IMG/VR virus record: IMGVR_UViG_3300024518_002307
Span: 1-50,438 of that record
Strand: one strand, 5' to 3'
Source of the DNA: a virus
Lineage: Duplodnaviria > Caudoviricetes
Length of the DNA: 50,438 nucleotides
The first letter of the stretch is position 1, and each line of letters opens with the position of its first letter. The notes below the pieces were generated by a model, which was not told where the DNA came from, made no database searches, and saw only the letters and a list, made by a program, of their open reading frames with translations. The translations under genes and the position numbers were made by a program. Positions 25,874 to 35,081 of this stretch are shown piece by piece.

Positions 25874-26110
25874 GTGAAAACTTTGTACACTTTCGATGAA
25901 CTGATCGTAGAGTTTGGTAGCGATTGGTTCTCATCTTTAAACCCTCACTTTACCGATTCATATATCCTCCAGCACGCATACGAGCGCTACTGGGGCAGGA
26001 CTATGCCCTACAGTGAACTTATGCGTGTTTGGGAAGTAGGTTTATCTGATGACGTGTGGCCGAGGTACTTGGATCTGTGGTGGGAAAAATGCGGCGTACT
26101 TGTCGCCTAA
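25874..26110 (+). CDS. Hypothetical protein
   Basis: 78-aa ORF in an operon run. Confidence 0.5.
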   Translation: MKTLYTFDELIVEFGSDWFSSLNPHFTDSYILQHAYERYWGRTMPYSELMRVWEVGLSDDVWPRYLDLWWEKCGVLVA

Positions 26111-26131
26111 CTAAAGCAAAGGAGTACTTAT

Positions 26132-26338
26132 ATGTTAACTAAACGAGAAGCGGCAATAATCTCTGCCTATACAGGATTTTTGTTAGGAGATTTCAGTGAT
26201 ATGCATAAGTATATAAAACAGATTATGAAACGATCTGTTTGGACTGTTTGGACTCATGACATGGGCAACAAGAAAGTCTGGGAAGAGATCCAAGCAACAG
26301 CAAAGCCTGACTTTGTAGCCTTGGAGATAGAAACTTAG
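26132..26338 (+). CDS. Conserved phage protein
   Basis: MLTKREAAIISAYTG...WTHD motif; AAGGAG RBS. Confidence 0.7.
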   Translation: MLTKREAAIISAYTGFLLGDFSDMHKYIKQIMKRSVWTVWTHDMGNKKVWEEIQATAKPDFVALEIET

Positions 26339-26341
26339 ATA

Positions 26342-26370
26342 TTGCAATCAGATAGAAGGCGTGCTAAAAT
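26342..26370 (+). promoter_or_regulatory. sigma70 promoter with extended -10
   Basis: TTGCAA-17 nt-TAAAAT, with TG ahead of the -10. Confidence 0.7.
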
Positions 26371-26474
26371 AGCTATTTGCTTCGCTTTCGCTACGCAAGC
26401 GAGCATCATAAAAATGCTCGCACTAGCTTTTTCGACGTGATTCACGGGAGTCTCTTTCTATAGGAGTAGAGATT

Positions 26475-26681
26475 ATGAGTACAATTTGTTATGTTATTTG
26501 CTGTAACGATAGCGTTGAGGCTTGTACTACAAACAAAAGTCTAGCCAAAAATTGGCTAGAGGTACTAGCCACAGAGCATTACTTAAGATACAAAGTGAAT
26601 TTTCCCCCTATGACCTACGAAGAATACAGAAAACGTTTGTACTGGCACATGCACGAGACTCCCTTTAAGGAAAAACTATGA
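26475..26681 (+). CDS. Hypothetical protein
   Basis: AGGAG RBS; 68 aa. Confidence 0.6.
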   Translation: MSTICYVICCNDSVEACTTNKSLAKNWLEVLATEHYLRYKVNFPPMTYEEYRKRLYWHMHETPFKEKL

Positions 26682-26872
26682 CAGAACTAAGAAATCCAAC
26701 AGTTGACGATCTGATAGAGGAACTAGCCTTAGACGAGTTCTCGTTGTGCCCCTACTGTGGTGCTAATCCTGAAGAAGAGGAGTATATGTGTACCCAAGAA
26801 TGCGATGTATTCTCTCTGCGTGATGAGAATACTCCTTTCCCTTTAAACTTTGATGAAGACATTTTCCTGTGA
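26678..26872 (+). CDS. Small acidic Zn-finger protein
   Basis: CPYC...CTQEC; ATGA overlap. Confidence 0.6.
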   Translation: MTELRNPTVDDLIEELALDEFSLCPYCGANPEEEEYMCTQECDVFSLRDENTPFPLNFDEDIFL

Positions 26873-27072
26873 GAAACCAAGGCATCGAAGAGATATTTGT
26901 AGATGTTACACAGGCGCGTATCTTTATTGCTCAAGCAAAAGCAACAGTGGTGTGGCAGGAGTACATAGATAACCTTTCCCGTAAAAGAGTAGGTACTGCT
27001 ACTTACTATCTGCACCATAAGCAGATACAAGAAGAGTTGAAGAGGATTGACAAGGCGTTGGTAAAGGTGTAA
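26869..27072 (+). CDS. Hypothetical protein
   Basis: GTGA overlap with the upstream gene. Confidence 0.5.
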   Translation: MRNQGIEEIFVDVTQARIFIAQAKATVVWQEYIDNLSRKRVGTATYYLHHKQIQEELKRIDKALVKV

Positions 27073-27075
27073 TCT
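27047..27075 (+). promoter_or_regulatory. sigma70 promoter
   Basis: TTGACA-17 nt-TAATCT; predicted +1 near 27082. Confidence 0.65.
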
Positions 27076-27081
27076 GTTTTT

Positions 27082-27172
27082 GGTGTTGTTTGGAACGGCA
27101 ACCGGACACTAGAAGTCACAGGGTCATGCCTACTTGGTGTCACTTCACGTTCGACTCGTGGGCAACACTCCA
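27082..27172 (+). ncRNA. tRNA-like RNA with an expanded anticodon arm
   Basis: GTGTTGT/GCAACAC acceptor plus T-CCA, TCACG-TTCGACT-CGTGG T-arm, D-loop GG, GACAC/GTGTC enclosing 27 nt. Confidence 0.7.
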
Positions 27173-27226
27173 CTTTTACTTAGGATTTTATCGTGACTCG
27201 AAAGAACATCATAAAAGTAGTTTTCC

Positions 27227-28078
27227 ATGAAACGTAACATCATCTCCGAGATCAAACTACTTGCACTCGATCTCGCCATTGCAGACTCCCTTCGGGGAGT
27301 CTGCCCTTTTTGTAACGCACGAGAACATTCCTTTACGATAACTCGCAACGAAGAGGGGTTGTTGTACAACTGCTACCGTGATAGCTGTCCCCCAGAAGAT
27401 TCTTCTGGATTCATAGGTACTATGCCTCAGAATGTTCTGGACGTATCTTCTTTCAAGAAGGAGAAAAAGTTTAGGGCTAAACCTTTCAAATACCCTACTA
27501 CCGGCCTTCCTTTAGATATGGAAGAGATACTTTACTCGTTGTACGGATTCATTCCAGTATGTAAATGGGATACGGGCCACTTCCGTCTGGTTTTCGAAGC
27601 ACGAAACTACGAAGGATATACTTACGGCTATGTAGCTAAAGCATTGTCAGGATACACCAGATGGAAGGGACCGAAGTCCGTTAACTACTTCGATACTCCC
27701 GGACCCCACTTGTATTACCCTCCTTTTTTTAAGTCTCCGACAGTACATCTAGGTCCTGGAGGATATCTAAATACTGAAAGTGTAACGATAGTAGAGGACT
27801 GTATCTCTGCTCAGAAAGTGAATGGAGTAGCGTTGCTTGGTACTCACATGACAGATGAGCAAGCGTTAAGCTTGCGTAAACATTTCAATCGCCTTATAAT
27901 AGCGCTTGATCCCGACGCAGCCGCTGCTGCTCAAAGAATATACCGAAAGTACAACCTGTATTTTGATAATATTAGAATACTGGATTTGGACAAAGACCCC
28001 AAGGACACATCCTACGAAGAATGGAACAAAAAATACTCTCAGCATCAATCGACTCCCGAGAAGCCTACGAAACTCTAG
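27227..28078 (+). CDS. DNA primase (Zn finger + TOPRIM)
   Basis: CPFC...CYRDSC, TIVEDCISA, ALLGT, ALDPDA, DPKD. Confidence 0.9.
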   Translation: MKRNIISEIKLLALDLAIADSLRGVCPFCNAREHSFTITRNEEGLLYNCYRDSCPPEDSSGFIGTMPQNVLDVSSFKKEKKFRAKPFKYPTTGLPLDMEEILYSLYGFIPVCKWDTGHFRLVFEARNYEGYTYGYVAKALSGYTRWKGPKSVNYFDTPGPHLYYPPFFKSPTVHLGPGGYLNTESVTIVEDCISAQKVNGVALLGTHMTDEQALSLRKHFNRLIIALDPDAAAAAQRIYRKYNLYFDNIRILDLDKDPKDTSYEEWNKKYSQHQSTPEKPTKL

Positions 28079-29178
28079 AACACTTCGCCATAGGCGAATA
28101 TCTAAGCGACGCAGGCGGCATAATCTGGGAAGAGATCTCCAAATACTACACACAAGATCAAGCCATACAAACTGCTGATACGGATATACTCAAGGACAGA
28201 CTTGAGAAGAACTATCCGAAACACTTCGAAGCACTCAAAACCTTTGTTTTCAAGGAAGCAGTTTCCCTCCCTAATCTAATCACGCAGATTGAAGATCTGC
28301 AGAGCGAGGTAATCCGCAACAAGATTGCCCTCGCCTGTCGTACCGACGATCCCCAACTAACTACACTCTTTGAAGAGTTTCACCAGATCAAGCAACGATC
28401 GCGCGAGAAGCGTACGCTGCGTGTTGATGATCTGAACGAGCTGTTGACAACCTCTGGCAAAAAGATTAAGGTACTGCCCTCTATTTTGAACAGACAGTTG
28501 GAAGGAGGTGTAAGCCGCAAGCACCATATCATGGTGTTCGGATTAGGAGAAATAGGTAAGTCTCTGTTTATATTGAACATGGCATACGGCTTTGTGAAAC
28601 AAGGATTGAAGGTGGGTTTCCTCGACAACGAGGATAACCCCGAGGATGTACTCAAGCGCTACGTAGTACGAGCAGCGGGTACAACCCTTCAAGATTTTAA
28701 GCTAGGACCAGAGCCTCACATAGAGAAGGCACTTGCATTAAAGGGAGAGTTCATCTTCAAAGAGATAACTCCCGGCACACCCCACGAGATAAGGAAGTGG
28801 GCTAAGGACAATAAGCCGGATGTGTTGATTGTGAACCAGATACGTAATCTAAGGATCACGGGGGTACAATCGCCTGAGCAACAACGAGAACGAGCATCTA
28901 TGTTCATGCGTACGTTAGGTAAGGAGTGTAACCTTGTACCTGTAAGCGTTACGCAAGCCTCTGCTACTGCCCAGGATAAAATGTACATAACTCAGAACGA
29001 TATGGACTATAGTAAAGTAGGATGTCCCGCCCAATCCGATCTTTTGATTGGCATTGGAGGTACAGTGGAGTATATTAATGGGGGTCAGAGGATGTGTAGC
29101 GTGATACGCAACAAGATTTCCGGCATCCACTTACCCTTCCGAACAACGTTCGATACACAAAGAGTTAAGGTTGAATAG
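28021..29178 (+). CDS. DnaB-like (SF4) replicative helicase
   Basis: Walker A GLGEIGKS, DNED, VLIVNQ, SVTQA, DLLIGIG, RNK. Confidence 0.9.
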   Translation: MEQKILSASIDSREAYETLEHFAIGEYLSDAGGIIWEEISKYYTQDQAIQTADTDILKDRLEKNYPKHFEALKTFVFKEAVSLPNLITQIEDLQSEVIRNKIALACRTDDPQLTTLFEEFHQIKQRSREKRTLRVDDLNELLTTSGKKIKVLPSILNRQLEGGVSRKHHIMVFGLGEIGKSLFILNMAYGFVKQGLKVGFLDNEDNPEDVLKRYVVRAAGTTLQDFKLGPEPHIEKALALKGEFIFKEITPGTPHEIRKWAKDNKPDVLIVNQIRNLRITGVQSPEQQRERASMFMRTLGKECNLVPVSVTQASATAQDKMYITQNDMDYSKVGCPAQSDLLIGIGGTVEYINGGQRMCSVIRNKISGIHLPFRTTFDTQRVKVE

Positions 29179-29180
29179 AT

Positions 29181-29291
29181 ATGAAAGAATTTATTATCAA
29201 TGCCCTCTACCATATTGTGATTATCGCAATAGGCATAGTAATAGGACTCCAAGCTAACGGATGGCTTATTCATTGGACAGTAGGAAATTAA
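29181..29291 (+). CDS. Small membrane peptide (36 aa)
   Basis: My translation: MKEFIINALYHIVIIAIGIVIGLQANGWLIHWTVGN; fills the helicase-polymerase gap. Confidence 0.5.
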   Translation: MKEFIINALYHIVIIAIGIVIGLQANGWLIHWTVGN

Positions 29292-29296
29292 CGTGA

Positions 29297-31243
29297 ATGA
29301 ACGGCAGGAAGAAAGACTCTACGAGAAGTTTGCCCAAATTCTTAACGAACTTAGATCCATCAATCTATCTCTCCGAGAACTATGTGATAGTAGATGTGGA
29401 GACAACGAGATTGGAAGGGATGTGGAAGAACCCCGACAATCGCCTTCTGAGCGTCCAGTTCTGTTTAGGTCCGGAGCATCCCCAGAGGAAGAGATTTGGG
29501 GACCGGAACGTCATCATAAAGGGAAATGAATATGAACAGTCTTATTTCATTGATAGCATCCTCAGTACTGCTGATTTCTTTGTGGCACATAACACTAAAT
29601 TTGAACTCGGATGGTTTACACGATGCGGTTGTGTTTTGGATCAAATTCTCTCTTATTGTACTATGCTTGGTGAATATATTATACTTGGCAATCGTAAACA
29701 GCCCATTAACCTTGATGATACTCTCCACAGGTATGGGTTAAATGGTAAGGAGAATCACGTTGCTAATATGCTCAAAGGGGGGATGTGTCTAAGTGAAATA
29801 CCTTTTGAATACTGGCAAGGCTACGCTGCGCAGGATGTGGGTCAGCTTCACAAGCTATTTCTTGAGCAGCGAAGGTACCTTGATGATAGCGGGCTATTGC
29901 CTGTGGCTTTTGTGCGTAATGTTTTTACTCCTTGTTTGGTCGATATCGAGCCGAATGGGATGACCCTTGACCCTGAACGGGTAGGGAAAGTAACAGCTAA
30001 GATATCGAACAGGCTGCGAGAACTTGAAACAGAGTTTTCCGCCATCACAGGAGGGGCGAATCCTAAGTCCGTTCCTCAGATGCGCAAGGTTATGTTCGAG
30101 GATCTCAAATTCAAGCCTGCGTACGATCCGTACAAGCGACCGATCCTTACACCCGCAGGCGTAGAGTTACGTAAGCAGCATGCAACGTTTGATGAGACAG
30201 AGTACTACGCAGTTAATGCTGACGTAGTAAGGGTGTTAGTCTGTCGGAATCAACGGCAACGTAGATTCAAAGAGATAAAGATGGAGATCGGAAAGCTTAA
30301 GGATAAGCGATCGAAGTACCTTAACAACATGCAGGCGTGTATTGACGGAAACGGAGGGACGCTTTATGCGTCCATTCACCAGACACGTACTAAGACTCAC
30401 CGTACTTCCAGTAAGGGAGAAAAGTACAAGCTGCAGTTTCAGAACCAAGACAACGAACTTAAGCCAGTGTACAAGGCAAAGTACGGACACTTTGTAGAAG
30501 TAGACTACTCTCAACTTGAGTTTAAGATGGCAGCAGTACTTACCCAGGACGAACCAACACTAGAATTAATACGGAGCGATTATGATATCCATCGATACAC
30601 TGCGTCAGAAATGTATTCAAAAGATGAAGGAGATATTACCGAAGAAGAAAGAAGGCACGCCAAACGACACACCTTCAAACCACTTTATTATGGTAGATCC
30701 GGAACCCCCGAACAGGTTGCTTATTACCTTGGTTTTAAGTCCAAGTACAGAGGAATCGCAGACACTCAAGATAGATGGTGTGGAGATGTCCTTCGATCAG
30801 CTAAAGATTCTCTCACGATTGCTAGCGGACTTAGGTTTTATTTCCCAGGAACGAGGTTAGGAGGGAATAGTAAGAGTCCGTTCGGACCTTACATAACGAA
30901 CGGTGCGAACATATATAACTTTCCGATACAAAGTATCTGTGGTGCAGATGTGGTGCCGATGGCACTTACGATCTTGTGGCACAAGATGAAGGCACGCGGG
31001 ATGAAATCCCGGATCATAAATACGATCCACGATTCTATCCTAAGCGAAGTTTCGGATGAAGAACTAGAGGAATATCAGACGCTTGTAAAGCAGTGTTTGA
31101 CAAAGCATGTCGTTGCTGCTATGCTCAAACTCTACAAGTTGGACATAAACATCCCACTTGTTGTAGACTTCAATATAGGAAGTCATTGGCACACTTCTAA
31201 AGATTGGGAAGACAAATGGCTTTCTACTACAGCGACGACGTAA
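29297..31243 (+). CDS. polA: Family A DNA polymerase with 3'-5' exonuclease
   Basis: Exo motifs DVETT, HNTKFE, YAAQD; motif A DYSQLE, motif B KRHTFKPLY (Phe at the 762-equivalent position), motif C HDS. Confidence 0.95.
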   Translation: MNGRKKDSTRSLPKFLTNLDPSIYLSENYVIVDVETTRLEGMWKNPDNRLLSVQFCLGPEHPQRKRFGDRNVIIKGNEYEQSYFIDSILSTADFFVAHNTKFELGWFTRCGCVLDQILSYCTMLGEYIILGNRKQPINLDDTLHRYGLNGKENHVANMLKGGMCLSEIPFEYWQGYAAQDVGQLHKLFLEQRRYLDDSGLLPVAFVRNVFTPCLVDIEPNGMTLDPERVGKVTAKISNRLRELETEFSAITGGANPKSVPQMRKVMFEDLKFKPAYDPYKRPILTPAGVELRKQHATFDETEYYAVNADVVRVLVCRNQRQRRFKEIKMEIGKLKDKRSKYLNNMQACIDGNGGTLYASIHQTRTKTHRTSSKGEKYKLQFQNQDNELKPVYKAKYGHFVEVDYSQLEFKMAAVLTQDEPTLELIRSDYDIHRYTASEMYSKDEGDITEEERRHAKRHTFKPLYYGRSGTPEQVAYYLGFKSKYRGIADTQDRWCGDVLRSAKDSLTIASGLRFYFPGTRLGGNSKSPFGPYITNGANIYNFPIQSICGADVVPMALTILWHKMKARGMKSRIINTIHDSILSEVSDEELEEYQTLVKQCLTKHVVAAMLKLYKLDINIPLVVDFNIGSHWHTSKDWEDKWLSTTATT

Positions 31244-31308
31244 ACGACAACTATCTTGGAAAAGATAGTACATATACATATGACTATTTAAAGAGGAATA
31301 GAAAGACG

Positions 31309-31878
31309 ATGACACAACATTCTGGCCGAGTAAGCCACGTACAAAAGAACGACCACGGGTGGTTCTGGTTCATCCTCGATGGTGAAGAGAAACTCTACTA
31401 TAGGATGAAAAAGAAATCCGAAGGTTTGCAAAAAGGAGATAATGTTCAGTTCAACTATGAACTGACTAAGAGAGAGGCTAACGGAACGATCTACGACAAT
31501 TTGGACGTAGACGTTGATACGATTAAGAAGGTAGAAGCTCCTGCCCCTTCTACCAAGAGCAACGGCAAAGCATCACAGAGTAGCAGCGGATGGGATGTCA
31601 AAGACATGCGTATCCGTTATGCCGGCGCTCTTAACACAGCTACTTCTCTTGTGTTGTTTCTTGTGGAGCACGGGCATATTAAGGTAGGTGCTAAGGCCAA
31701 GAACGTGAAAGATATGGGTGTCTTGGAAGCAACAAAGAGTCTTATCCACAAAGTAGCGGACGACTATTACCAGGCTATTACGGTAATCCCGGAACGGGAT
31801 TGGGAAGAAGAGGAAGCGCCTCCGGTAGTCCTTGAAGCTGTGGATGCAGAAGACGATGATGGTTTCGATGATGACTAA
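31309..31878 (+). CDS. SSB-like OB-fold protein
   Basis: Beta-rich N-terminus with KGDNVQF; acidic tail DAEDDDGFDDD; follows the polymerase. Confidence 0.65.
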   Translation: MTQHSGRVSHVQKNDHGWFWFILDGEEKLYYRMKKKSEGLQKGDNVQFNYELTKREANGTIYDNLDVDVDTIKKVEAPAPSTKSNGKASQSSSGWDVKDMRIRYAGALNTATSLVLFLVEHGHIKVGAKAKNVKDMGVLEATKSLIHKVADDYYQAITVIPERDWEEEEAPPVVLEAVDAEDDDGFDDD

Positions 31879-32392
31879 CGAGCAATCTCGTCCGTGGATC
31901 ACTACGAATAGTGGTATTCAATTCTTCTTCCCCCGCTATGTGGGGGAGGAAATTGATCCCGATACGTTGGATATCTACGATATTGCCCATTCTTTGGCAC
32001 AACTTACCCGTTTCAACGGGCACTTGTACCAGCCTTACAGCGTTGCACAGCACTGCTGTCTGGTGTCGGACCTGGTAAGTGATTATCCCTTAGAAGGCCT
32101 CTTGCACGACGCATCAGAGGCGTATACGGGAGACTTTCCTACTCCTATCAAACACCTTATTCCTCAAATCTTCGATTTGGAAGAGAGTATAGACAAGGCA
32201 GTGGCTAAGAAGTACAATCTTGAGTATCCTATGCCTCCTACTATACGCAAAGCGGATAAGGAAATACAAGCTATAGAGGCTAAGATGTTTGACCCTCCCG
32301 TACACGGAGGGATAGTCCCTTGGGATTGGAGGAAAGCAAAGGCCGAGTTTTTACAGCGTTACCACACTTTGATTATGGAAGGTGTCTTTTGA
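31871..32392 (+). CDS. HD-family 5'-deoxynucleotidase (YfbR/YfdR-like)
   Basis: DIAHSLA, RFNGH, YSVAQH, LLHDASEAYTGD. Confidence 0.9.
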   Translation: MTNEQSRPWITTNSGIQFFFPRYVGEEIDPDTLDIYDIAHSLAQLTRFNGHLYQPYSVAQHCCLVSDLVSDYPLEGLLHDASEAYTGDFPTPIKHLIPQIFDLEESIDKAVAKKYNLEYPMPPTIRKADKEIQAIEAKMFDPPVHGGIVPWDWRKAKAEFLQRYHTLIMEGVF

Positions 32393-33225
32393 CAACAGCA
32401 CTAATAGACCTTGATCCTATTGTGTACTCTTCCGGCTTTGTCGGAGAGCATCACATGTACTACATCACAATCAAAGGAGAGGAGTCTCCACGTACTTCTT
32501 TCGAGACTAGGACAGAAGCCCACCGATGGGCGGAAGATGTAGGCTTGGAAAAAGACTCTTACGAACTTGTCGATGAAATGTGGACAGAGCCTTTGGCTAA
32601 CGTACTACATACGGTCAAGAAAAGAATAGAGTCTATCCTTGAGAATACCCGTGCAACTTCCTTCCGGGGATTTCTTACCGGAGGGGATCAGTTTCGAAAG
32701 GAAATCTATCCTGCGTACAAGGCTAATCGTAAATCTCCTCGTCCCGTATACTACGATGAGATACGTGAGTATATGATTACCCAACACGGTGCGGAAGTGA
32801 TAGATGTGTACGAGGCAGATGATGCCCTCGCTACGTGCCAGAAGGATACTACGGTTATTTGCACTATCGACAAGGATCTGTTGCAAGTGCCGGGTACCCA
32901 CTACAACTATGATACAGGAGAGCACATAGAGGTAGAGGGTTTCGGAACTCTTGCTCTATCGAAGGATAAGAAAACATTGAAGGGGACGGGATTGAAGTTT
33001 TATCACGCTCAGATGTTGATGGGAGATGGTACGGATAACATCAAGGGAGTTCCTAAGATGGGACCGAAGGGTACCTACGATCTCCTTAATCGTGTTACTG
33101 ACAAGAAAGAGTCTTCCAAAATCGTGCGTAAGCAATATGAGAAAGCCTTCGATATCGAATGGAAGACACAACTAGATCTACATCGTAAACTCTTATGGAT
33201 GCACCGCGACGTGCCGGGATTATGA
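32389..33225 (+). CDS. 5'-3' exonuclease (T7 gp6/FEN-like)
   Basis: ALIDLD, FR..IYPAYKANR, EADD, IDKDLLQVPG, GDGTDNIKG; TTG start at 32389. Confidence 0.92.
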   Translation: MTTALIDLDPIVYSSGFVGEHHMYYITIKGEESPRTSFETRTEAHRWAEDVGLEKDSYELVDEMWTEPLANVLHTVKKRIESILENTRATSFRGFLTGGDQFRKEIYPAYKANRKSPRPVYYDEIREYMITQHGAEVIDVYEADDALATCQKDTTVICTIDKDLLQVPGTHYNYDTGEHIEVEGFGTLALSKDKKTLKGTGLKFYHAQMLMGDGTDNIKGVPKMGPKGTYDLLNRVTDKKESSKIVRKQYEKAFDIEWKTQLDLHRKLLWMHRDVPGL

Positions 33226-33488
33226 AAATGGATGTTGAAACAATCTGGAATCTAGAACTTGATCCTGTTTATAAAGAAAGTGATACTTCGTGGAGGCACG
33301 GAGAATACCGAACAGAAGTGTATTACGAAGAAAATACACGAACTTATTGGATGACTACCTATCAGCTTTCAAACGATGGCGAAACCAATGACCTCCGAGA
33401 AGGTAGTGCAGTATTTGATCAGTGCTGGCCTGTGGAAACAAAAACAATAGAATTTACATTATGCGATCCAAATTCGAAGCAAGAATAG
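33222..33488 (+). CDS. Unknown protein, paralog A
   Basis: LELDP...SDTSWRHGEYRTEVY...YQLSNDGETN shared with 35934-36182. Confidence 0.75.
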   Translation: MKMDVETIWNLELDPVYKESDTSWRHGEYRTEVYYEENTRTYWMTTYQLSNDGETNDLREGSAVFDQCWPVETKTIEFTLCDPNSKQE

Positions 33489-33868
33489 CAAGACAGCTCA
33501 CGGCTAACAAAATAGAGTACAGGTACGAACCTTTCTCTCTTGCCTACTACGTAGCGGTACCTAACTACAAGTGCTTACAATGTGATAGCTCTCTTATCAT
33601 AAAGCCTCGTAAGTATATACCGGACTTCGTAATAGGTAATATGATAATAGAAGCTAAAGGAATCTTTGATTCCGCAGAGAGAACGAAGGCACGCTCACTT
33701 AACATCCAGTTGGTAGAGTGGGACTTTAGAATGGTATTCATGTATGACAACTGGATAACAAAGAAGCACAAATCAAAGTATAGCGATTGGTGCGAGAAGA
33801 ATGGAATCACGTATGCAATAGGGAAAATACCTAAAGCTTGGTTTAAAGACTTAAGGACTAACCAATGA
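33461..33868 (+). CDS. T7 endonuclease I-like Holliday junction resolvase
   Basis: RSKFE, YIPDF, IIEAKG, YSDWC. Confidence 0.9.
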   Translation: MRSKFEARIARQLTANKIEYRYEPFSLAYYVAVPNYKCLQCDSSLIIKPRKYIPDFVIGNMIIEAKGIFDSAERTKARSLNIQLVEWDFRMVFMYDNWITKKHKSKYSDWCEKNGITYAIGKIPKAWFKDLRTNQ

Positions 33869-34080
33869 AAAGTAAAGGAGACTTGGGTAAGATTACCGCA
33901 TGCTTTAGATGCGGTACGATCAAGCCGGAAACAGAAGAGTTAGAACGAGGGATAAAGTGTAATTCCTGTGGAGAGATAAGTACCGTAGTCACTTTGTACG
34001 AATTGATGGATCTCATCAACTTCGTCTACCTTCACTTGGATAAAGTAGACCTGTTGAAAGAGATGGAAGAATGGAAATGA
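33865..34080 (+). CDS. Zn-ribbon protein
   Basis: CFRC...CNSC. Confidence 0.65.
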   Translation: MKSKGDLGKITACFRCGTIKPETEELERGIKCNSCGEISTVVTLYELMDLINFVYLHLDKVDLLKEMEEWK

Positions 34081-34271
34081 AGTATCATCATGCGCCAGCT
34101 TACAAGGGCCAAATAAGAAGATGTATAACTAAACGTAATTGGTTAGGAGGTTGTACATATTGGTTAGAACAAGCAGATTTGCATGAAGATGGCTTTAATC
34201 TGAATTGGTATGTAATTCCTGTTCTACAAAACGTACCAAAAGAAAGGTATTATAAGGCAAAAAGAAAATGA
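34071..34271 (+). CDS. Hypothetical protein
   Basis: Overlap-coupled ORF. Confidence 0.5.
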   Translation: MEMKYHHAPAYKGQIRRCITKRNWLGGCTYWLEQADLHEDGFNLNWYVIPVLQNVPKERYYKAKRK

Positions 34272-35005
34272 GAGAACCCAAGATCTTAATGCTCGATACG
34301 GAATTCATGCACCCTAAAGCATGGCGAGGATTCTCCACTGACGTAGGTTTAATCTACTGCATGTGCTCCAAGTGGTACGGTAACACAAAAGTTACCACGC
34401 AAAGAGTAGACGATTACGGATCTAACTTCTTCACAGCAGAGAAGCGTATGCTTAAAGATATGAAAGCAACGCTCATAGATGCCGACATATGGGTATCTTG
34501 GTACGGCATAAAATGCGATATTCCGGGAATTAATACACGTCTGATGCACCACGGGTTAGGCATCCTGCCTAACATAAAACACATCGACCTTTGGAGAACG
34601 TGCAAGAATAAGCTCGCTCTCGGGTCCAATTCGATGAAGAATGTATCGGAGTGGTTAGGCTTCGCGGAGCGTAAGACTCCGCTCAAATTGCAGGAGTGGT
34701 ACCTCGCTCTCCACGGCAACAAGAAAGCGATGAACTCTATAGTACGACACTGCGTAGCAGATATTAAAGTATTGGAAGAAGGGTACGATGCCTTACTCCC
34801 CTTAGTATCTTCTCGTATTTCGTTGAATTCCATAACAGGTAATGAAAGTGCTTGCCCCAAGTGTGGGACAAGTGGTAAGATACAAAAGAGAGGTTGGAAC
34901 TACGCACAAGTGATGCGTACCCGACGATTACAATGTACCAGTTGCGGAAGCTGGTTAACAGGCGAAAGAGAACGGGTGTTACCCGTAGGAAGTGTGAAAG
35001 CATGA
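34268..35005 (+). CDS. RNase H-like/DEDD exonuclease with C-terminal Zn ribbon
   Basis: ILMLDTE, WYGIKCDIP, HIDL, HCVADI, CPKC...CTSC. Confidence 0.85.
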   Translation: MREPKILMLDTEFMHPKAWRGFSTDVGLIYCMCSKWYGNTKVTTQRVDDYGSNFFTAEKRMLKDMKATLIDADIWVSWYGIKCDIPGINTRLMHHGLGILPNIKHIDLWRTCKNKLALGSNSMKNVSEWLGFAERKTPLKLQEWYLALHGNKKAMNSIVRHCVADIKVLEEGYDALLPLVSSRISLNSITGNESACPKCGTSGKIQKRGWNYAQVMRTRRLQCTSCGSWLTGERERVLPVGSVKA

Positions 35006-35081
35006 AAATGGTAGCAGTTTTACTTTTGGGTATAGTAGGAAACGTAATTTTGTGGTGTGGTTCTCAAGGATGTACATCAAT

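Noticed and set aside
28537-28563. Helicase Walker A variant GLGEIGKS as a sign of inactivation
   Set aside because: The GKS core and downstream SF4 motifs are intact, so this is within normal variation.
31871-32392. DatZ of a 2-aminoadenine (Z-genome) pathway
   Set aside because: No purZ or mazZ is recognisable, and the motifs fit the common YfbR/YfdR-like phage HD family.
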